A program made the position numbers and the translations under genes. The notes below the pieces were generated by a model. The model was not told where the DNA came from. It did no database searches and saw nothing but the letters and a program-made list of their open reading frames with translations. Shown piece by piece: positions 58,613 through 64,000 of a stretch of 64,000 nt of DNA. How positions within the stretch are numbered: position 1 is the stretch's first letter; each line of letters starts with the position of its first letter. The DNA lies in the IMG/VR virus record IMGVR_UViG_2687453464_000002, positions 15,088 through 79,087 of that record, one strand, 5' to 3'. The DNA is from a virus (Duplodnaviria; Caudoviricetes).

Positions 58613-61258
58613 ATGCAAAACATCTATGCCTATTACATCAAGGCTAAGCAGAAATCAGGCAAACCGTCGCTTTTCATCTGGTACGAAGCAAAAAGCGACG
58701 CGCGGGCAAAACGCGATCTCGAAAACCTGATCGAAGATGCTGAGCTGGAAACCGGCGACTATTTCAAGGCTGTGCGCACAAACTACCCTGTCGTCGACGA
58801 CCTACCGCCGGAACGCGAGTTTAGCGACACGTGGTGCGACCGCTACGCGCTTGACGACAATAACACCTGGCAGCTGATCCCGGCCGCCGGCCAGAAACAG
58901 CAAGGTGAGGCTGGTTCATCAGCCCCTGCTGAGTATTTCGCATCAAACCTCGACAGACACACAGTAATCGCAGCCGCGTGGCTGTACGGCCGCGACTGCC
59001 TGAAACTCAACGCAGAACAACTGAAGGCGGCCAAGGCACTCGTTATGGACGATGCGCAGCGCTATCCGCAAAACGTGATTCTGGCGCTGTCCAGCCTCAC
59101 GCAGTTTCAGCACTTGTATCCGGAAATGCCGATCACTGCCATCGCCGGTATGAAAGCCATCTGGCCGCCGTTCCACAAAGCGCCCGAACTGGGGAAATTG
59201 TGCCAATTCGCAACGGAATATCTTGATGCACCGGTAGAAGAACGCGAGGGCATTATTCAGAAGTGGATTGCGCCAGCAGCTGCGGCGTCGGCCATGTCGG
59301 CTGAACCGGCTGAACCGGCTGAACCGGCTGAACCGGCTGAACCGGCTGAACCGGCTGAACCGGCTGAACCGGCTGAACCGGCTGAACCGGCTGAACCGGC
59401 TGAACCGCAGGACGATACGCCGCGCACCGAGTCAGGCGCAATACTCACTGACGGCAGCCAGCCAACAAAAGGCACGCCGATCGACTCCCTGCAGATGCTG
59501 GAGACTGTTGTCGGCTGCGCGCTGTATCCGTCCGATTTCGATATTGCCAACCCACCAGGGGCAATCATCCGGGCAGTTACCGAAATGAAAAAGCGCCGCG
59601 ATCCAAAACTGCAGGCATGGAACGACATGCTCAGCAACACGCCGGGGATCCTGCAGTGTTCGCGCGAAGCCATTGTCGATTTAGTCCGCGGCGCCGACGA
59701 AAATCTTCACGCTACGCCCGGCGCGCTGCGCACGTACATCAACACCCATCTGACCGAGTTCGACGTTCCTGCGCGGCCGGCGACAGCGGAAATGGCAAAA
59801 GAGCCTGCTCAGGAAGATAACGACGCTCAAACAGCAGAATACGAGGCCCCACGCCGCGTGTGGCTGCGCCGGGCAGTACTCGACGCACTGGACGGCAAAA
59901 CCAACGTCATGAGCGAAGAGGATGTCGAGGAGCTGCTTCCGGCCGCTGGCGATTTCTCAAAAGTGTATTTCGCTCGGCTGCTCGCTAAGGAAATTGAACC
60001 GTGCGACCCATTCTCTGAGCTCAACAAAGACGATGTTTACCACATCACATGCGACGTACTGGAGAACTGGAGCGACGATAAAGAGCAGCGCACTGAGTTC
60101 ATCACTGGGCGCGTCACATTCAATCTGCGCGAGCGCTACGGTATGCAGCAGGAAAACCCAGCCGTAGAGCGGGATGACGCCTCAAATGAAGGCGAAAAAA
60201 CGGAAGTGGCGCAGCGGCAGAAAAGCGAGCTGCAGAGCCTGGGCGGTGGTCGTTTCGACGTTGGATCGCTATTTGAAAATTCATCCCCAGCCGAAATCGA
60301 CAATTCAGAAATTAAGGCATCCAAAGCTCACAGTAATGAGGAGAAAGAAGCCCCTATGCCGCACGAGAATGAAATCCAACGATCTACTACTGACGATTTC
60401 CAACAACGAGCTACACAGGTTGAACAGGTGATCGCCGAACAACCAGCGGAAGCCCAGCAGAATCTCGATGTCTGGAAGCGTGTTATGCGCACAGATCCTC
60501 GCTACACGAAGCCGATCGAAGGAGCCGGTTATGCCGGTACCAGCATCAACAGCGAATACATGTTTATGCGCGCAACCGAAATTTTCGGCCCTATCGGCAC
60601 GGGGTGGGGTTTTGACATTGTCGAGGAGAAGATGATCGCCGGCGCACCAATGAGCGAGGCCGTATTCGAGGGTGGGAAAATTATTGGCAACCGCATTCTA
60701 CGTGACGCCGACGGCACCATTCTGTTCGAGCAGAACCACAGCCTGCAGATCGAGTTTTGGTATGTCCTGAACGAAACCAAAGGTCGCGTTACAGCATATG
60801 GCGCCACACCGTACATGTATAAAACGAAGCGCGGTTTTATGGCTGACAGTGAAGTGATGAAAAAGAGCCTCACCGACGCGATCAAGAAGTCGCTTTCCAT
60901 GCTTGGCTTCTCTGCTGACGTGTTCCTCGGCTGGCATGACCTGCCTGAATATCGGGAAGAGAACGCGACTGAATTCGCCATCAAGAACGCCAGCGACAAA
61001 GCCGAAGACGTGACGCGGCTGCGCGAAGAGCTGGACGAGAAACTGTCTGCCGTGGCCGAAACCATCAGTACGGCCGTTACAGTCAATGAAGCCAGCAAAG
61101 TTCATGGCTCGATCGCTCGCGAAGTAGAAGCGCACCGCAAAGCAGCCGAAGCAAAAGGTGACACAGAACACGCTAAATACCTGGCCAGCCGCCTGCGCCG
61201 CCTTACCGTTCTGAAAGATGAGCGTATCACCGCCTTGTCAGAGGAGAAAGCACAATGA
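58613..61258 (+). CDS. RecE (exonuclease VIII)-type N-terminus fused to Rad52/Sak-like annealase C-terminus
   Basis: KAKQKSGK...WCDRY N-terminus; TSINSEY...[13 protein letters not shown]...[25 protein letters not shown]-terminus. Confidence 0.75.
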   Translation: MQNIYAYYIKAKQKSGKPSLFIWYEAKSDARAKRDLENLIEDAELETGDYFKAVRTNYPVVDDLPPEREFSDTWCDRYALDDNNTWQLIPAAGQKQQGEAGSSAPAEYFASNLDRHTVIAAAWLYGRDCLKLNAEQLKAAKALVMDDAQRYPQNVILALSSLTQFQHLYPEMPITAIAGMKAIWPPFHKAPELGKLCQFATEYLDAPVEEREGIIQKWIAPAAAASAMSAEPAEPAEPAEPAEPAEPAEPAEPAEPAEPAEPAEPQDDTPRTESGAILTDGSQPTKGTPIDSLQMLETVVGCALYPSDFDIANPPGAIIRAVTEMKKRRDPKLQAWNDMLSNTPGILQCSREAIVDLVRGADENLHATPGALRTYINTHLTEFDVPARPATAEMAKEPAQEDNDAQTAEYEAPRRVWLRRAVLDALDGKTNVMSEEDVEELLPAAGDFSKVYFARLLAKEIEPCDPFSELNKDDVYHITCDVLENWSDDKEQRTEFITGRVTFNLRERYGMQQENPAVERDDASNEGEKTEVAQRQKSELQSLGGGRFDVGSLFENSSPAEIDNSEIKASKAHSNEEKEAPMPHENEIQRSTTDDFQQRATQVEQVIAEQPAEAQQNLDVWKRVMRTDPRYTKPIEGAGYAGTSINSEYMFMRATEIFGPIGTGWGFDIVEEKMIAGAPMSEAVFEGGKIIGNRILRDADGTILFEQNHSLQIEFWYVLNETKGRVTAYGATPYMYKTKRGFMADSEVMKKSLTDAIKKSLSMLGFSADVFLGWHDLPEYREENATEFAIKNASDKAEDVTRLREELDEKLSAVAETISTAVTVNEASKVHGSIAREVEAHRKAAEAKGDTEHAKYLASRLRRLTVLKDERITALSEEKAQ
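59300..59407 (+). repeat. perfect in-frame 9-bp tandem repeat (GCTGAACCG)x12 encoding (AEP)12
   Basis: Direct read of sequence. Confidence 0.97.
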
Positions 61259-61755
61259 GTATCACAGCAATCGCATTAGCATCGGATTACGCCAAGCTGC
61301 AGCAACTGGTTGAAACCTCTGACGAACTGACACCTGAAATGATCGCAGACACACTTGAGGGTATCGAAGGCGCACTGGGTGACAAGCTGGACGCTGCATT
61401 TGTGCACGTGCGGAACCTCGAGGGTTTGGCAAAAACGGTTGATGGTGAACTGAAGCGCTTGGCCGACCGTAAAAAGTCTTTTGAGAGCCGCGCAAAATCT
61501 ATTCGTGAATACGTGCTTAATTGTCTGCTGGCTAGCGGCCAAGACAAGATTAAGACCACAACCAACACTTTCACCGCACGCAAGGGGGTCGCCAGTGTGG
61601 TGATCGATAACGCCGACCTGCTGCCCGACGAGCTTGTGACCGTGCAAACGCTGGTGACACCAGACAAGAAAGCGATCAAGGTAGCGATCGATAGCGGCGA
61701 GGACGTCAAAGGCGCGCACATTGAAATCGGTGAACGTTCGCTACAGGTGCGGTAG
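61255..61755 (+). CDS. siphovirus Gp157 family protein
   Basis: IADTLEGI, RLADRKK, PDKKAIK...GAHIE...SLQVR. Confidence 0.88.
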   Translation: MSITAIALASDYAKLQQLVETSDELTPEMIADTLEGIEGALGDKLDAAFVHVRNLEGLAKTVDGELKRLADRKKSFESRAKSIREYVLNCLLASGQDKIKTTTNTFTARKGVASVVIDNADLLPDELVTVQTLVTPDKKAIKVAIDSGEDVKGAHIEIGERSLQVR

Positions 61756-61757
61756 CC

Positions 61758-61943
61758 ATGAGTTATTTAATCGGCTTCGTTCTGCTCGTCAGCCCGTGCG
61801 GCCACGACGCATGCGACGCCCTGCTCGCCTCTGAAGCGGTTTATCCGACCGAGACGGAGTGCGAGCAAGTCAAAGCGGCGCTCAACCGCCGCCTGCCGGA
61901 CGCGGCGCTGTACTGCAGCGAAGCCTACAGAGAAGAAAACTGA
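61758..61943 (+). CDS. DUF1482 (YebW-like) small protein
   Basis: FVLLVSPCG..ACD...YPTETEC. Confidence 0.7.
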   Translation: MSYLIGFVLLVSPCGHDACDALLASEAVYPTETECEQVKAALNRRLPDAALYCSEAYREEN

Positions 61944-62012
61944 TTTTCGAGAATCAAAACACAACGCCGGCCGCGGTTAATATTGCGGCCGGTTGTGCGC
62001 AGGAGCATAACC

Positions 62013-62285
62013 ATGACCAAATTACTGACGTTAGAAGAATGGTGCGAAAGCGTCTACGAGAGCTACAAGCCGAATATCCAAACACTATGGCGCTGGGCGC
62101 GCAACGGCAATTTCTACCCGCCGGCGGAAAAACACGGCAAACGGTACATGCTGAAACCCGGCACGATTTACATCAAGCCCAACGATCCAACGCTGGGTAA
62201 GAAAATTAAGGAAGCGCAGAGCGCCGCGCCGGCGCGCGAGGCGTTTATGGAGAAAGTGATTAATGACACGGCGGGGAGGATATGA
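62013..62285 (+). CDS. xis: excisionase
   Basis: LLTLEEW, TLWRWARNGNFYPPAEKHGKRY; overlaps int. Confidence 0.9.
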   Translation: MTKLLTLEEWCESVYESYKPNIQTLWRWARNGNFYPPAEKHGKRYMLKPGTIYIKPNDPTLGKKIKEAQSAAPAREAFMEKVINDTAGRI

Positions 62286-63342
62286 CATGCGACTACCGAA
62301 AAACCTGACCTACCGCCGTAGCCGGAACGCTTTCTATTGGCGTAATCCAGTAACCCAAAAAGAGATCTCCCTCGGGCAAATAGCGCGCCGTGACGCCATA
62401 GCGCAGGCGATCGAAGCAAACCACTATATTGAGCAGAACTACTCCCCTGTTCTGCTGCTGGAGAAGATTAAAGGCACGCACGAATACACGCTAAACTCCT
62501 GGCTCGAGCGTTACGACGTCATTTTTAAGCGCCGCAACCTGGCCGAGGCAACGTATAAAGTTCGCCGCGGTCAGATTGCGATCGTCAGCGAAAAACTTGG
62601 CGACATGGTGCTGTCAAAGATCACGACGCGGCACGTCGCCGAGTTCCTGGAATTATGGGTTGCGCAGGACAAAAAGACGATGGCCACGACCATGCGATCG
62701 GTGCTGTCCGACATTTTCCGCGAAGCCATTGTCGAGGGGCACATCGAAAACAACCCCGTCACCCCTACTCGCGCGGCAAAAGTCACAGTGAAGCGGGAAC
62801 GGCTGGAGCTGTCGCAATATATCCAGATCCGCAAAGCGGCCGACCAGCTGCCGCCTTGGTTCGGTTTGTCGATGGATCTGGCGCTGATCACTGGGCAACG
62901 CCGGGAGGACGTCGCACTGATGCGGTTCGACAACGTCACGAACGGGCGCCTGCAGTTCGTCCAGGGGAAAACAGGCGTCAAATTGTCGCTGCCGCTGGAT
63001 CTTGAACTCGCGGCTACCGGCCTGCAGCTGCGCGCGGTGATAGGCCAGTGCCGATTGACCAGCACCACCGATTTCATGATCAGCGCCGGCATTCGGAAAA
63101 ACAGCCCGGATGGCGCTCTGCACCCTGACGGATTAACGAAAAAGTTTGTCGCGGCGCGGCGAGCTGCCGGGATTGAATTTGCAGAGAGTCCGCCGACGTT
63201 CCATGAGATCCGGAGCTTGGCCGGCCGGCTGTATGAGCGGGAAAAGGGAAAGGAATTTGCGCAGAAGCTATTAGGGCATAAATCCGAAGCAATGACGGGA
63301 AAATACCTGGACTCGCGGGGGAAAGAATACGTGATGTTATAA
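62263..63342 (+). CDS. int: tyrosine integrase, lambda type
   Basis: LPKNLTY arm domain, TGQRRED, PTFHEIRSL, LLGHKS...YLDSRG. Confidence 0.96.
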   Translation: MTRRGGYDMRLPKNLTYRRSRNAFYWRNPVTQKEISLGQIARRDAIAQAIEANHYIEQNYSPVLLLEKIKGTHEYTLNSWLERYDVIFKRRNLAEATYKVRRGQIAIVSEKLGDMVLSKITTRHVAEFLELWVAQDKKTMATTMRSVLSDIFREAIVEGHIENNPVTPTRAAKVTVKRERLELSQYIQIRKAADQLPPWFGLSMDLALITGQRREDVALMRFDNVTNGRLQFVQGKTGVKLSLPLDLELAATGLQLRAVIGQCRLTSTTDFMISAGIRKNSPDGALHPDGLTKKFVAARRAAGIEFAESPPTFHEIRSLAGRLYEREKGKEFAQKLLGHKSEAMTGKYLDSRGKEYVML

Positions 63343-63420
63343 AAGACCGAATACAGAAATTCGGACGAAATTCGGACATTTTCGGACAATCTGAAATAAA
63401 GCCATTAAAATCAATCACTT

Positions 63421-63444
63421 AAAAAAAGACCGAATACGATTCCT
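63421..63444 (+). repeat. att core (right copy)
   Basis: Identical to 19986..20009; TTCGGAC x3 arm-like repeats at 63360..63387. Confidence 0.92.
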
Positions 63445-63526
63445 ATATTCGGTCTAGGGAAATGGCTCTTGGGAGAGAGCCGTGCGCTAAAAGTTGGCAT
63501 TTATTGCAGGGCTTGTTCAGCCATGC
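63421..63526 (-). ncRNA. sdsR: SdsR (RyeB) sRNA
   Basis: - strand AATGCCAACTTTTAGCGCACGGCTCTCTCCCAAGAGCCATTTCCCT + GACCGAATA/TATTCGGTC terminator; sigmaS-type CTACGCT -10 upstream; next to yebY. Confidence 0.92.
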
Positions 63527-63658
63527 ACTTTAAGCGTAGCCTACACGGCGGCTTTTGCCAGCCAGGCGCACGGCGGGTGATAGTTTCTACGCGGCATTAA
63601 ATGCGTACAGAATTCACCCGATTGTTAACTTATTGATAAGCCAACGCGACGCCTGGCC

Positions 63659-64000
63659 TTACTTGGCGCACAGCGTTTGCGCACGCGCGCGGAACGGCTC
63701 GACGCTCATCTTTTCCCCGGGGTGATTGACGTCATCCAGCAGGATGGTCGCCAGCGGCTGCGCGCGCTGTTGGCCGGCGGCCACCTGCGCCTGGGCAATA
63801 TCATTAAGCGGATACTGCATCAGCGTGCTGTTGTTCAGCACAAACAGCGCGCCGTCTTTACGGCACTGCAGGGTGACTTCCTCTTTGGTGAATGCCCACT
63901 GCTTGCCGAACTCCAGCTTGGTGACGTTTTCCAGACCTTCCGCGGCCAGTGCGCCGCCTGCGCTCGCCAGCAGTGCGAGGGCTAATAATGCACGTTTCAT
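63659..64000 (-). CDS. yebY: YebY family periplasmic protein (host gene)
   Basis: Signal peptide, WAFTKEEV..C, TLMQYPLN; synteny with sdsR. Confidence 0.92.
   Translation of the reverse strand: MKRALLALALLASAGGALAAEGLENVTKLEFGKQWAFTKEEVTLQCRKDGALFVLNNSTLMQYPLNDIAQAQVAAGQQRAQPLATILLDDVNHPGEKMSVEPFRARAQTLCAK

Larger units (their letters stand above)
19986..63444. mobile_element. apparently complete ~43.4-kb temperate prophage (Gifsy-like early region, lambda-like head packaging, P2-like contractile tail)
   Basis: Bounded by 24-bp direct repeat; contains int/xis, immunity, replication, Q, lysis, cos, head and tail modules. Confidence 0.93.

Noticed and set aside
59300-59407. Tandem repeat as a CRISPR array
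   Set aside because: 9-bp units with no spacers, in frame within a CDS; no cas genes in the window
62571-63389. 272-aa ORF antisense to integrase
   Set aside because: Shadow ORF of a GC-rich gene; no recognisable motifs

Overview
The window holds two prophages in tandem next to an enterobacterial (Serratia-like, inferred) sdsR(ryeB)-yebY locus. Prophage 1 (1..~20009) is the right-hand part of a P2/186-like myophage: head, lysis, baseplate and tail genes, then ogr and an integrase preceded by a LexA box. Prophage 2 (~19986..63444) appears complete, ~43 kb, and is bounded by a 24-bp direct repeat equal to the sdsR 3' terminator arm. It combines a Gifsy-like early region, lambda-like cos/terminase/portal, a ClpP-capsid fusion, a P2-like contractile tail and several morons (SulP-USP, orphan ParA, HEPN-like, YmgB-like, small membrane peptides). 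The most striking unexplained signal is a candidate ~120-nt antisense sRNA (58458..58579, - strand) with its own promoter and terminator. Its exposed anti-SD segment (CAUUGGUUAUGCUCCGGUUG) is complementary to a motif repeated at several distant early-region sites of the same phage: the ribosome-binding sites of the genes flanking O/P, of xis and of a leader peptide coupled to the recombinase gene, plus the pL leader. This suggests a multi-target RNA immunity/regulatory layer. Both prophages also carry a homologous SGNH-esterase tailspike + LamG-like gene pair, and the copy in prophage 1 is frameshifted at an A6 run. All protein family calls are from motif recognition and synteny; no database search was run.
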